Source: a virus. From it: a stretch of DNA of 64,000 nucleotides. The notes under the pieces are model-generated. The model was not told the DNA's origin, searched no databases, and saw only the letters and a list, made by a program, of their open reading frames with translations. Both the position numbers and the translations under genes were made by a program. Location: the IMG/VR virus record IMGVR_UViG_3300034073_002585, positions 32,001 to 96,000 of that record. One strand, written 5' to 3'. Each line of letters opens with the position of its first letter. The first letter of the stretch is position 1. Shown here piece after piece: positions 9,660 to 19,950 of this stretch.

Positions 9660-9950
9660 ATGAGCAGCATTCGAGCCACTGAACGTCAGATGCGAAAGCT
9701 CCAGACTCAGCGTCATTTATATGACATTAAGATGATGGTCCTTGGTAATCCTCTATTTAAGAACCTGTCTGAGCGTGACCAGAAGAAACTTGTAAAGCTT
9801 ATCTATAAAGCTGAAATGATGGAAACTTATATGCGTGATAAGCAGATTATCCGTATTAACGATGACTTTGAAAGTATTGTCCAGAACGTAGCCGACATGC
9901 TAAATGATGCTATGCAGCAAGATGATGATGAAGAAGGCGAACGCTACTAA
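9660..9950 (+). CDS. hypothetical protein
   Basis: Last gene of the + strand run. Confidence 0.55.
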   Translation: MSSIRATERQMRKLQTQRHLYDIKMMVLGNPLFKNLSERDQKKLVKLIYKAEMMETYMRDKQIIRINDDFESIVQNVADMLNDAMQQDDDEEGERY

Positions 9951-10222
9951 AAGCTGTCTGGACCGCCACCACTTAGGGTAGCTCCATACTGAGTACTAGG
10001 GGTTCCGCCATTTATTGTGTTAGCTCCCCCCGCTTCTTCTAACATTCCTAACTCGATTAGAGCTTCGTTAATGTCTAAAGAACGCTGAGGAGTCCAACTA
10101 GAACCGTTGTAGGTGTAGATGTTATCTTCATCAGACCTGTAAAAAAGTTCTCCCTCTTCTGCGGTAGCAGGAAACGAGGTCCCAGCTGGGAGACCTATAG
10201 GGGTAAGAAACTTTTTTGCCAT
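9947..10222 (-). CDS. small virion/tail-fibre-like protein
   Basis: P.TAEEGELFYRSDEDNIYTYNGSSW tail-fibre repeat-like segment; leaderless TACAAT promoter. Confidence 0.55.
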   Translation of the reverse strand: MAKKFLTPIGLPAGTSFPATAEEGELFYRSDEDNIYTYNGSSWTPQRSLDINEALIELGMLEEAGGANTINGGTPSTQYGATLSGGGPDSF

Positions 10223-10240
10223 CCTTTAATTGTACAGCAT

Positions 10241-11173
10241 TTAGTAAAGGTTCTTATTAATAGCCTCGCGTAGAGCAGAGATTGTCTGTGGCCCCCATGA
10301 GCCATCGACACGACCTTCGTAAACACCTTTAGCAATCAAGCGACGCTGTACGCCCTTATAGGTGTTTGCTCCTGGAATTCCGTCTACTGCACCATTGTAG
10401 CCATTAGCAACCACTGAGCGCTGAAGAGCCTTGTAGGTCATAACTCCTGGCTCTCCGTCAATTGCTCCAGCGTAACCGTGGTCGCGCTTTAGAATTTCTT
10501 GGAACTTCTTCCAATCTTCTACAGTAAGTTCGCGAGAGGTGTCTGCAACTAAAGGCTTAACTTCCTCTACTTTAGCTACTGGCTTTTCTTCTACCTTTTC
10601 AGCTGGCTTTGGAGCTTCTCCCTTAATGATTGCCTTAGCTTCCTTCTTAGTTACCTTTGGAGCAACAGCACCGCCATTAGCAATGATTGCCTTCTTGAGG
10701 TCAGACTTGTCAGCAGTCATTCCGAAGACAGCCTTAACGGTCTTGCCCAAAGTTGCATGGAGGTGGGCGCCCGAGCTCGCTAGCCCTGTGTTCCCAATCG
10801 TCAGCCCGTGAGAAACATCGCCAGCTTTAACCTTGTCGCCAACCTTAACCTTTAGAGCGAGGTCCTCGTCGTGACCGCCTTTGCAGTTAATTCCGTGCTT
10901 TGCGCATGAAAGGTGGCAGTAGCCGATGTACCAGATTTTTCCGTTCTTGTCAGCTGCAGTCTGAACTACAACCCAGCCGAGGATGTCTGACCACTTTGCG
11001 AGCTTGATTGTGCCATCAGCGATAGCTGGGATTAAAGTCTTACCCTTGTTTGAGCCAGCTGGTGCCCAGTCGGTACCAGAGTGTGCTTGCATCTTGTTCT
11101 TACGTCGGTAGTCCGACATAGTTCCGTACTCGCCTGTGATTGATTTCTCAGGAAATGGCATTACCCAGGACAT
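10241..11173 (-). CDS. endolysin: M23 peptidase plus peptidoglycan-binding repeats
   Basis: HSGTD, YCHL, GNTG..SGAHLH M23 motifs; three DG..G..T..ALQ repeats. Confidence 0.9.
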   Translation of the reverse strand: MSWVMPFPEKSITGEYGTMSDYRRKNKMQAHSGTDWAPAGSNKGKTLIPAIADGTIKLAKWSDILGWVVVQTAADKNGKIWYIGYCHLSCAKHGINCKGGHDEDLALKVKVGDKVKAGDVSHGLTIGNTGLASSGAHLHATLGKTVKAVFGMTADKSDLKKAIIANGGAVAPKVTKKEAKAIIKGEAPKPAEKVEEKPVAKVEEVKPLVADTSRELTVEDWKKFQEILKRDHGYAGAIDGEPGVMTYKALQRSVVANGYNGAVDGIPGANTYKGVQRRLIAKGVYEGRVDGSWGPQTISALREAINKNLY

Positions 11174-11488
11174 TTAGTTTCCTCTCGTTTAGCCTATTTT
11201 TGGCTGTTGTGTGGCAGTAATTAAGCATGTATGTTCTTGTAAATTGAAAGTACTCTTGCCAGTACCTATCCGTCCAGTGAGGATTGCGCTGGATGCACCA
11301 GTTTCGTGCAGCGATTTGTGCACGCTTGCGGGCCTCTTTAGTGTCTGCTTGGAAGAAGTAGAGCACGTAGAGGAGTAGGTGGGAGAGTCCTCTCATACTT
11401 ACATTTTACATTAGGTGCAAAAAGATGATTTGATTTAAATATGTACAAGATACTTGACAAATATTTATTTTGTAGTATCGTATTCCAC

Positions 11489-12940
11489 ATGAACCGTTTA
11501 CTTAAAACAACCGCTACGGTTGCTGCCATATCATTACTAATCACTGCTTTGCCTGCGGCTGGGTCTGAGGTGCAGTCATCTTCTGTCGTACTTAGTGGAT
11601 TTACTAGTAGCTATGTGGGCTCTGCTCAGCGTTCTGAATTACAAAAAGTATCTGAGTTGTCGGACCAGTTAACTTCTGTCACGTGCTTGTCCTACCTGTC
11701 TAAAGGGAAAAAGAGTCTAGCTAAAAACAATAAAACTAAAAAGCAGGCTAATAGTGTGTGCTCATACATTAAATCACTAAGCCCTGACGTAACTGTAAAG
11801 CTATCTTCATGGTCTACAAATAAAACTTCTCTTGCTGGAAGAGTAAAAGTGTCATACACCTATACAGCTGCTGAGGGGGATTTAGTTGACAACTCCCTAC
11901 TTTCATCTTTAGATGTGTGCAGGCTTCAGAAAATAAAGATTAATGGTGGGGGAAATCAGGGACTACCTTGGGGCACCAGAAATACTAGGCAACCATTAGG
12001 CACTATCCCTATGCCCATCGTGTTTATAGAGTTCCCTGACGCAAAGGCGACTATGTCTGTAGAGGAGCGTGAGCCTAATCTAGAGAAGAACATAGAAGAG
12101 TGGAGCAGTTATATCTCTAGAGACAGGGTATTTTTTGATGTTCAAATCCACAAGCAGTGGCTGATGGCCCCTAAGCCTTATAGCTGGTACACCAGAGACA
12201 ACAACATGCAATCTCTACAACAAGCTGTTGACCAGTTAATTGCTGTTGCTGACCCTTACTATGATTTTTCTGGTGCCGAAATAATCAACTTTGTATTTTC
12301 TGATACATCAAAGAATGATGGTCTCTATGGAGATGCAATTGTAAAAGCTGATGGATTAAACGAAACTACATTTATATTTGGTGCCTACAACAAATTCTTA
12401 CATGAATCATTGTGGGACTGGATTATCCACGAAATACTTCACCCTCTAGGTTTTCTTGGGCATGGCCCAGATAACGGTGGAAAGCTCGGGATTCTAATGT
12501 CTCAGTGGAATGCTTCCGAGGCAGTAACTAGCTGGGAAGGTTTCTTGGCGGGCTGGTATAACGAAGAAGAAGTAGCTTGTGTGGACACAGAGTCCATGCC
12601 TAGTTCGTTTAACTTTAAGTTGAACTCTCTAGATAACTTTGCTGATGGATACGAAAGCTTGATTCTGAAACTAGATAGCAAGACTGCCATAGTTGTGGAG
12701 TACAGAAGTAGTGATAACTACGGCTATAAAGGACTGGCATCTCCTATTTTGACTGCTTATAGGGTAAACCAAGACAGAGATGCTATTAGGTGCGATATGT
12801 GCAACCAGCTTGAACTAGAGCAGAAAAACTGGTGGGCGTACCTACGTGACAATGGCAACATAGGAATAAAGACTCAGGTGGTATATGAAGGTATAACCAT
12901 TAAGAACCTGGGCAATGGCAACTTTGAAGTTTCTAAGTAG
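11489..12940 (+). CDS. secreted zinc metalloprotease-like protein
   Basis: Signal peptide after ATG 11489; IHEILHPLG HExxH; TTGACA at 11454. Confidence 0.65.
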   Translation: MNRLLKTTATVAAISLLITALPAAGSEVQSSSVVLSGFTSSYVGSAQRSELQKVSELSDQLTSVTCLSYLSKGKKSLAKNNKTKKQANSVCSYIKSLSPDVTVKLSSWSTNKTSLAGRVKVSYTYTAAEGDLVDNSLLSSLDVCRLQKIKINGGGNQGLPWGTRNTRQPLGTIPMPIVFIEFPDAKATMSVEEREPNLEKNIEEWSSYISRDRVFFDVQIHKQWLMAPKPYSWYTRDNNMQSLQQAVDQLIAVADPYYDFSGAEIINFVFSDTSKNDGLYGDAIVKADGLNETTFIFGAYNKFLHESLWDWIIHEILHPLGFLGHGPDNGGKLGILMSQWNASEAVTSWEGFLAGWYNEEEVACVDTESMPSSFNFKLNSLDNFADGYESLILKLDSKTAIVVEYRSSDNYGYKGLASPILTAYRVNQDRDAIRCDMCNQLELEQKNWWAYLRDNGNIGIKTQVVYEGITIKNLGNGNFEVSK

Positions 12941-12949
12941 GAGGACAAA

Positions 12950-13459
12950 ATGACAAAAGTAGCAACCATATTGACAGACATAACCGAACTGGGTGTGGAC
13001 GTAATTGTAAATGCGGCTAATGAAGATATGCGTGGGGGTGGCGGAGTAGATGGGGCCATCCACGATAAAGCTGGACATGAACTTGTGTTGGATACTGTAC
13101 AGTACGCACCTTTATATGTATCTAGAGTTGCTATAACTTCAGGATACAAACTAAAGGCTAGGAACATAATCCACACTGTCGGTCCAATGTATGGCAGAGG
13201 AAACTCTGGTGAGTACATTGCTTTAGAGATGTGCTATCGAAATTCACTAGCTGCTGCGGAATCACTGGGAGCAAAAACAATTGCTATACCTGCAATTAGT
13301 GCTGGAGTGTATGGATTCCCCAAAGACAGAGCTGCAAAGATTGCAGTTACAACATGTCTAGATGTAGCTAAAGATAGTAGCTTAGAGGAGATACTTCTGG
13401 TTGCATATGACGAGACAACACTAAACCTATATAAGAAATACCTATCTGAAAATAGGTAA
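12950..13459 (+). CDS. macrodomain (ADP-ribose binding/hydrolase) protein
   Basis: DIT, IVNAAN, GGGGVDGAIH, IIHTVGP, PAISAGVYGFP. Confidence 0.95.
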   Translation: MTKVATILTDITELGVDVIVNAANEDMRGGGGVDGAIHDKAGHELVLDTVQYAPLYVSRVAITSGYKLKARNIIHTVGPMYGRGNSGEYIALEMCYRNSLAAAESLGAKTIAIPAISAGVYGFPKDRAAKIAVTTCLDVAKDSSLEEILLVAYDETTLNLYKKYLSENR

Positions 13460-13464
13460 TAAAG

Positions 13465-13503
13465 AAAGACCCCACCTAGCCTTGATTAGATGGGGTCTTT
13501 TTA
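13465..13503. terminator. bidirectional intrinsic terminator
   Basis: AAAGACCCCA...TGGGGTCTTT stem between convergent genes. Confidence 0.8.
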
Positions 13504-13521
13504 TTAAGTTATTTTTATACT

Positions 13522-13713
13522 CTAATATCCAGGTCCGTCATTGTCAAATTGAGATTTTCCCATATTAGTGACATAATCCCAGACGAACTCTTCGTATTGT
13601 TGTGGGGTCATCTTCTGGCCTAGCTTCTCTTCTACTTTGCAAGCAGCTATATCTGCCAGAACGAACTTCTCCTCATTAGATAAGTTGGGGAAGTGTGAAC
13701 CGTAGATGCCCAA
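13522..13713 (-). CDS. hypothetical protein
   Basis: Last gene of the minus-strand operon. Confidence 0.5.
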   Translation of the reverse strand: MGIYGSHFPNLSNEEKFVLADIAACKVEEKLGQKMTPQQYEEFVWDYVTNMGKSQFDNDGPGY

Positions 13714-13715
13714 GG

Positions 13716-13907
13716 TTACTCCTTGTCATCTTCCTTTTCATAGCGAAGCGGGAATGTTATAACCCAGATACCAAGAGTAATCCAGATGAGCATACCTACT
13801 ACGTCTTTAGCTGAACCCTCAAGAACAACCCATGCGACGAACATACCCAGTAGGGTCCATGCTTGGTCAATCATGTCCTTGAAGAGTGACTTAATGAAGT
13901 GAATCAT
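13716..13907 (-). CDS. small two-TM membrane protein
   Basis: Two hydrophobic segments. Confidence 0.7.
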   Translation of the reverse strand: MIHFIKSLFKDMIDQAWTLLGMFVAWVVLEGSAKDVVGMLIWITLGIWVITFPLRYEKEDDKE

Positions 13908-14304
13908 TTAGTTTCCTTTTCTGAAGTAACAGGTCAAAATCTTTGACCTTTGTGTCTCCCATGTATGACCATGCGTACCCTGAGGCAATCATGGCTTCGT
14001 TAACAGACAACTCTTCTGAATCTAAAAAGAGCCATCCCAGTACTCGCCCATACTTCTCGGACGAGTCAGGTTTTTCTGTGCGGATAACAACCGAAGTTGC
14101 ATCTGCAAGTCGATGCTTTAAGTAGTTCTTGACTTCTAGTCCTAAAGTTTTTTCATACTTGTCTGAAGTGCGGGACTCTGGAGTATCGATGCCTGCAAGA
14201 CGTACTCGCTTAGTGATGGAGATATCAAAGCCGAGGTCAATCTCGACGTCGATGGTGTCTCCATCTACAACCTTTAGGATTTGCTTAACTCGGTATTCGT
14301 ACAT
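13891..14304 (-). CDS. thermonuclease (SNase-like)
   Basis: VVDGDTID, VRLAGIDTPE, KYGRVLG. Confidence 0.9.
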   Translation of the reverse strand: MYEYRVKQILKVVDGDTIDVEIDLGFDISITKRVRLAGIDTPESRTSDKYEKTLGLEVKNYLKHRLADATSVVIRTEKPDSSEKYGRVLGWLFLDSEELSVNEAMIASGYAWSYMGDTKVKDFDLLLQKRKLNDSLH

Positions 14305-17300
14305 TATGGTCTCCTTGCTGCAGCTGCTGCTGCGCTGGTAGCGGCCGCAGTTGCAGTCATAGCAACCTGACCGACGATGACGGCAGCGATAACAACCTTC
14401 TCTGATTGCTCGCGTACCTCTGGTGACATGTCAGCGCCAGCGTTTCCAATGACGTTGAACGCTTCTACTGCTGCTCCAGCTACATCTCCTAAAAGTGGAA
14501 CTGCAGCTAAGGCTTCATCTAGAACGACGTCGTCCGCTTGAGCTGCAACTAGAAGTGCATCCAGAGCTGCTTCATATTCTGGGGAACCCTGCTCGGCACC
14601 AGAGTCAAATACTGCTAGAGCTGCCTCTTGGATAGCTTCTACCTGAGCTTCAGATAGCTGAGTTGGTTCAATCTTTACAAGTTCTTCAACTGCTGCTACA
14701 ATATTCTCAGGTGTGAGCTCTTCTTCTAACTCCACTGTTTCAGGTTCGACGGGAGATGGTGATGGAGTTTCGGACGGTTCTGGGGTTGAACTTGGCGCTG
14801 GCGTGGTCTCTGTGGGTGTTGGTGTCGGCGTCACTGATGGCGTGGGGGTTGGTTTCGGAGTTTCGGTCACTGTGGGAGTCGGAGTCGGAGTCGGACTTGG
14901 CTGAGCTGTCTCTGATGGAGAAGGAGAAGGCTCGGGAGTCGGCGTTAATGTTGGCTCGGGTTCGACAGATGGCTCAGGAGTTGGAGTTAGAGAAGGCGAC
15001 GACTCAGGAGTTGTCACAGGTTCGGGGGAAGGTGTACTGGAAGGGGTAGGTGATGGTTCTACTGTTGGCTCTGGTTGTGGGGTCTGTGTGGGGGTTGGCT
15101 CTGGCGTTACTACTGGGGCTGGAGCAGCGATAACAATATCTACAGTTGTAGAGTTGTCAGAGTAAACTGCTTGTGAGTCGTTGTCAGAACGAACACCAAA
15201 GGTATAAGTAGTATCTAATCCACCAGTTGCTTCAAAGGTTGAAGCTGGAATCGTAACTGATGTAGTAGTTGAAGCTACTGCCCAAGTGTTAGTTCCATCT
15301 GAGAAGAAGATTGCATAACGCTCTACTTGAACTGTATCTGTCTGTGGGGCATCCCACGTAACAGTCACAGAAGAGTCTTCATTCTGAACTGCTTGAATGT
15401 TTGTTGGAGGGTTCAGTGATGGGAAGATGTTATTAGTGAAAACAAAATCAGTTACGTTAGAAGTCTCGTCAACTGAGTAGCTCTGGTTGGTAGTTCCATC
15501 CCACTTGTAGTAGCGAACAACCATACCATTGTTTAGGAATGTGTTGTTGGTAAACGTTGACCACCCAGGGAACTTGTGACCATCGTTGTAACCGTCATCG
15601 TTGTAGATGGCAGTTCCATTGTTTTTGAAGGTGTTGCCAGAGAGTAGACGGTTGTCAGTTCCCATGTTAAACGTGGTTGGCATCCATACGTTGTTGTAAT
15701 ATGCAATTCCGTTTCCGATGAACTCGGTGTTGTAAATCTGAGTTCTGTTTAGTCCAGTGATTACTGCACCCCATGAGTTGTTCTCGAAGCGAGAGTTGTC
15801 GATGTAGGTGAACCTGTAGCTGTTAATAGCGTATGAGTTGTCAGTAAAGACTGAGTCATAGATGTAGGTTCTGTTCTGGAACAGAGAGTCTGGCTGTCCA
15901 TCCCAAGTAGTTACACCTGTAGGAAGCTGAGGGGTTGAACCCCAGTCGGCGGTAATACCTTGTCCATTGTGGTCGAAGGTTGCGCGAGTATAAGTTGCAA
16001 CACCAGAGTTACCAATGAAGACTGCAGAGCCACCATTCTGTCCAGTGAAGCGCATATCAGTTGATGTGAAGTTTCCACGGTTCTGATAAACCATTCCACC
16101 GCTTGATTGCTTACCATCTGAAAGAGTCAGGTCGGAAGCAGTCAATGTGATGTTCTGGTTGATGTTAAAGATTTGATAGGTGTCAGCACCAGAGATAGTT
16201 AGTACATCTTTACCTGGTCCGTCAATTGTCAGGTTCTGCGAAATGTTTGGCAGGTTGGAAGTTAGCGTGATGGTTCCAGAAACTGAAAAAGTAATCAGGT
16301 CGTAGATGCCGCCAGAGTTTGCGTTAGCCTGAGTAATCGCCCAGCGGAGTGTGCCTTGGTCTGCTGTGTCATCTAATGATGTAACTTGCAAAGATGTTGG
16401 CGGCGGAACAATTAGCTCCAGTTCTTGCTGAACTGCTAGGTCGTCAATGTATGCATCGTTGTAAGCAGTAGACAGATTAGTAGACGCAGTGTCATATGCT
16501 ACCTGCCAACCATCTACGGTGTCCTGCAAAGCTTGAGTGGTTGCTGGGTCAGACTCGTAGTCATAAGTTGCCTGCGCTGAATCCACAAGAGAAGACGCTG
16601 CTACTTCAGCTGAAAGGGCTGCATCGTAATCAGGAGCTAATAGGTCTAGGGCTGCTTGTGCGTCGAGGTAGTTTTGGTAGGCAGTTGGGTCATAAGAAGA
16701 TGTAACGAAAGTGAATCCATCTATAAGCCAGATGTCACCAAGGTTGCTGGTAACAGTGATGTACTGGATGGACTTGCCTTGAGGGGCAGTGTAAACGATA
16801 AAGCACTCGTAGTTCGGGCAGTTAGCATTTCCAACACCATTAGGGTTTACGAAAGTTGCAGTGGTGTTGTCAGTGAAGGTAACGGATATGTTCTCGTCAC
16901 CATTCTTTGCTGCTTGGTAAAAAGATAGCTGTGAAGCAGGTGAAGGCGGCTTAATCTGCAAAGGCTGTGATGTACCACCTATATAGATGACTCCACCAGT
17001 TACGTTTGGTGAGTAGTCATAGTTCTGAATTCTAGGGTCAGTGGCGTTGCTAATAGGGGTGGAGCCGTTTATGAGGAACTGAATGTTCGTGGTGATTGCA
17101 GGTCCAGTGAAAGTTTCAGTAATTGTTCCACCAGTTGCTGATGCCTGATAAGCATCGTAAGCATCGTTGCGGTCTTGTAGAGCTTGCTGGTAGTCAGGGG
17201 TCAGAGCAGACAAAGTGGCAGACGCTGAATCTAAAACTGCTTGGGCTACTTGTAAAGAAGTAGACGCTGCTTCAATAACTGAAGGCTGAGCTGCTAGTGC

Positions 17301-17621
17301 TTCGTTAGAAGTTGAAAGGTTGGTCTCTGCTTGGTTAAAAGTTTGGATGGCAGAAGAGTAAGAAGCAACTGAGTTAGCGAAACCGTTAACCGTTAGGGTT
17401 AGGGCATCTAGCTCCGAGATGGAGTTAGGTGCGTAAGTGTTGTAGTGAGCAGTGTAGTCAGCTAGGGTTTGGGTATAGCTGGCTAGGTTAGCTTGGTAGG
17501 TAGCTAAGGACTGGTTGTGGTCTACTGCTGAGGCTGGCAACATCCATGCAAACATTGGGCCAACTAGGGCCAAGTTTAATGAGATGAATGAGTGCCAGAA
17601 GACCTTATTTCTTAGGCGCAT
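14304..17621 (-). CDS. large surface/membrane-anchored protein (coiled coil, beta-helix, FN3, Pro/Thr linker)
   Basis: N-terminal signal-like segment, [11 protein letters not shown] beta-helix start, [16 protein letters not shown]3, long PT/PE repeat, hydrophobic C-terminus. Confidence 0.8.
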   Translation of the reverse strand: MRLRNKVFWHSFISLNLALVGPMFAWMLPASAVDHNQSLATYQANLASYTQTLADYTAHYNTYAPNSISELDALTLTVNGFANSVASYSSAIQTFNQAETNLSTSNEALAAQPSVIEAASTSLQVAQAVLDSASATLSALTPDYQQALQDRNDAYDAYQASATGGTITETFTGPAITTNIQFLINGSTPISNATDPRIQNYDYSPNVTGGVIYIGGTSQPLQIKPPSPASQLSFYQAAKNGDENISVTFTDNTTATFVNPNGVGNANCPNYECFIVYTAPQGKSIQYITVTSNLGDIWLIDGFTFVTSSYDPTAYQNYLDAQAALDLLAPDYDAALSAEVAASSLVDSAQATYDYESDPATTQALQDTVDGWQVAYDTASTNLSTAYNDAYIDDLAVQQELELIVPPPTSLQVTSLDDTADQGTLRWAITQANANSGGIYDLITFSVSGTITLTSNLPNISQNLTIDGPGKDVLTISGADTYQIFNINQNITLTASDLTLSDGKQSSGGMVYQNRGNFTSTDMRFTGQNGGSAVFIGNSGVATYTRATFDHNGQGITADWGSTPQLPTGVTTWDGQPDSLFQNRTYIYDSVFTDNSYAINSYRFTYIDNSRFENNSWGAVITGLNRTQIYNTEFIGNGIAYYNNVWMPTTFNMGTDNRLLSGNTFKNNGTAIYNDDGYNDGHKFPGWSTFTNNTFLNNGMVVRYYKWDGTTNQSYSVDETSNVTDFVFTNNIFPSLNPPTNIQAVQNEDSSVTVTWDAPQTDTVQVERYAIFFSDGTNTWAVASTTTSVTIPASTFEATGGLDTTYTFGVRSDNDSQAVYSDNSTTVDIVIAAPAPVVTPEPTPTQTPQPEPTVEPSPTPSSTPSPEPVTTPESSPSLTPTPEPSVEPEPTLTPTPEPSPSPSETAQPSPTPTPTPTVTETPKPTPTPSVTPTPTPTETTPAPSSTPEPSETPSPSPVEPETVELEEELTPENIVAAVEELVKIEPTQLSEAQVEAIQEAALAVFDSGAEQGSPEYEAALDALLVAAQADDVVLDEALAAVPLLGDVAGAAVEAFNVIGNAGADMSPEVREQSEKVVIAAVIVGQVAMTATAAATSAAAAAARRP

Positions 17622-17898
17622 CTTCTCCTGCTTCTTTGAGTCGAACTACCTGAGAGAAAATCATGTTGACTTCTTCTTGGTCTATCTTTCCGTCCTCTAA
17701 GAAAGCGAGAGCTAGTTTCTCTACAACCTTTGCAACTGCTAGCAAACCACCAAGGGCAGCAGAGAGCCAGACGTCAATACCAATAATTGAGCCTGCTCCG
17801 ATAACGCCAAGGGCGCTGGCAATGAATGTTGCGATTACGCGATATGAAATATCTAAAGTTAACTTAAACTTACTGGTCTTACGTTTTTTCGTAGCCAC
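17605..17898 (-). CDS. membrane protein (holin-like)
   Basis: Two TM segments and a DGKIDQEE tail. Confidence 0.6.
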   Translation of the reverse strand: MATKKRKTSKFKLTLDISYRVIATFIASALGVIGAGSIIGIDVWLSAALGGLLAVAKVVEKLALAFLEDGKIDQEEVNMIFSQVVRLKEAGEDAPKK

Positions 17899-17983
17899 TT
17901 GAGACTCCTAGATGAGGTGTCTCTCCCTTAAATATTTTACCAGATTAGTTGCATAGGGATAGGAAATGATATATACTGTAAGT

Positions 17984-18076
17984 GGTTCATATGTTGCTTG
18001 TTCATTGTGTGAGCCTCCTTTCTACTAAGTGAAAGCGGTCCAGGTTTTCTTGGTTGTTCTCCTGGGCCGCTTTTTT
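17984..18076 (+). ncRNA. candidate small RNA with anti-Shine-Dalgarno tract
   Basis: TTGCAT-17-TATACT promoter (17949-17977), 5' hairpin, CCTCCTTTCT, terminator; no ORF. Confidence 0.5.
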
Positions 18077-18216
18077 ACTTTTGAAAAGAACTGCTATAGT
18101 TCGGAGAAAGTTTAATTATTTAAATAGTTTTTGTAGTTGACACTAAAAATAAAAAGTGTATACTCTGTAGCAAAGAAACTGCTTGACACCAAGCGGATAA
18201 ATGATAGGATGTAGTT

Positions 18217-18411
18217 ATGGACGCTATTACAATTACACTAAGTTGGAGCTGGTTCTCGTTCGCTATGGGAATCCTTGCAACTTTTGTTTTGATATTCTTC
18301 TTTGCTTTCCTGCAGTACCGTAAGCAACAGAAGGCAAAAGCTAAGTCCGACTGGGACAACATTGACAAGATGTTTCAACAGTGGGGTGGCAGAGACAACT
18401 CTAAATCCTAG
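18217..18411 (+). CDS. small membrane protein (leaderless)
   Basis: TTGACA-16-TAGGAT 6 nt before ATG; one TM helix. Confidence 0.7.
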   Translation: MDAITITLSWSWFSFAMGILATFVLIFFFAFLQYRKQQKAKAKSDWDNIDKMFQQWGGRDNSKS

Positions 18412-18437
18412 GAGTTGCCAATTGGTATAGTTGACCT

Positions 18438-19040
18438 ATGGAAGAAAAAACCTTAGGTAGCTATGCTTACGGAGAAATCCGCCAACAGGTTCTTAAAGCT
18501 AGAGAACTAAAAAGCGCTGTCCTTTTTAAAAAGCTATTCACTGAAGTTCCAAACTGGGACGCCTTTATTAATCATTTAAACGTTCAGCTAAATAGAACTG
18601 AAGCTGCAAGTATCCCTAATGCTCCGCTGAAGGAGCATGTGCTTAACGGTGTAGTTAAACGTAACGATAGCTTCTTCTACTTTTACACGCATAAAGGCTG
18701 GTACTTCGAAGACTTTCCTGAGGTGGGAAAGATAATGGACGCCTTTAATGAAATCCTTTCAGAAGACTATGGCAGACAAGTATGTAATCCAGCTGGAGCA
18801 TTCATGAATTTTGCTGCTGAAGACTTTAAGGTTCCTTCGCATGGGGACGACAGGGAAACCTTGTTCTGGCAGTGCATTGGAACTACAACTTGGAACTTTA
18901 GGGAGCCAGATTCATTTGGAGCGGGAGAGCCATTCCTATCTGTGACTATGGAACCTGGGGATTGTGTTTATGTGGGCCACTGGGTTGAGCATGAAGTAAT
19001 CTTTAATGGTCCTAGGGCTGGCATCGCTTTTAACGTTTAG
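18438..19040 (+). CDS. JmjC/cupin-like oxygenase
   Basis: SHGDD..LFWQCIG...W, MEPGD.VYV..W.EHEV. Confidence 0.75.
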   Translation: MEEKTLGSYAYGEIRQQVLKARELKSAVLFKKLFTEVPNWDAFINHLNVQLNRTEAASIPNAPLKEHVLNGVVKRNDSFFYFYTHKGWYFEDFPEVGKIMDAFNEILSEDYGRQVCNPAGAFMNFAAEDFKVPSHGDDRETLFWQCIGTTTWNFREPDSFGAGEPFLSVTMEPGDCVYVGHWVEHEVIFNGPRAGIAFNV

Positions 19041-19058
19041 AGCTACAATAGATATAAG

Positions 19059-19256
19059 ATGGAAACATTTCTTGGTTATCTGTATGTATTTGGTGCCATA
19101 CTTTTTGTGGTAGTTGTAAGCGGAATTCTCTACGCTTATCGAGGGGTCCGTAAAGAAATAGAAAACGCCCTTAAGAATGCAGATACAAAAGAGCAGGAAA
19201 TAATTCGTAGGAAAGTAGTGAAGGCTATGTTTCCTCCTAGATTCTTCCGAGACTAG
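19059..19256 (+). CDS. small membrane protein
   Basis: N-terminal TM helix. Confidence 0.6.
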   Translation: METFLGYLYVFGAILFVVVVSGILYAYRGVRKEIENALKNADTKEQEIIRRKVVKAMFPPRFFRD

Positions 19257-19517
19257 TTAGTCTTCGTAGTCCTCGTCATCTTCGGCATAGGCCTTAATAC
19301 TTTTTTCTTCTTCCCCCCAGACGTAATAACGAACCGTCTGGTAGAGGTCGATTGTTTCTGATACAAGCTTCTCTGTTGCGAGGATAAGGTCTGCCTTGGC
19401 TTCTGGATTTAGTGGACGCTCCAATTCCATGTGAATTTCCTGAACGGCATAGGTGCAAAGTTCTAGACGCCTGAGAGTGGTCTCTAGGTTGCTAGTAGGA
19501 ATTCGTTCACCTGGCAT
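19257..19517 (-). CDS. hypothetical protein (leaderless)
   Basis: TAAAAT box just upstream on the minus strand. Confidence 0.6.
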   Translation of the reverse strand: MPGERIPTSNLETTLRRLELCTYAVQEIHMELERPLNPEAKADLILATEKLVSETIDLYQTVRYYVWGEEEKSIKAYAEDDEDYED

Positions 19518-19599
19518 GAGTCTATTTTACAGACAAATATTATCTATAAGAACTATGCTAAGATTCGAGCCTTGTTGGTGATTTTTATGTTGTGTTGGT

Positions 19600-19950
19600 G
19601 GGAAAGAAATAAGGGGTAAAAAGTTTTTAAAAAAGTTTTTCTTGATAATAAGGTAAGGAGTTATTATCAGATAAAACTAACGGAAAAGAAATATTTCTTG
19701 ATAATGACATTAGTTTATAATACATAATACATAATATTGAATAAGTTTTTGTGATACGCGTATAGAGTTGCCCTCTAGGCCTTACGTAAAAAATAATCGC
19801 TTATTATGTATTGTGTATAATGTATAATGTATTATGTAGAAGACCAATCCAGACTATTTGGAGTATGGAAGGAGAGGAGAAAATCGATAAAAATATATTC
19901 CTGTTTCTAGGGTTGAAATAATGGAACTTATGTTTTATGATTAATGTCTT
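19600..19950. other. AT-rich non-coding region with inverted heptamer arrays (origin-like)
   Basis: ATAATA(C/T) x3 at 19717-19737 facing TATWRTG x5 at 19802-19836. Confidence 0.45.

Noticed and set aside
11461-11473. Possible extra copy of the 16-mer (ATATTTATTTTGT)
   Set aside because: Shorter, mismatched and located inside a promoter spacer
14713-15120. Repetitive GGAGTC/GGTGT tract and + strand ORFs over it
   Set aside because: Explained by the Pro/Thr-rich linker of the minus-strand 1105-aa gene; the + strand ORFs are shadows
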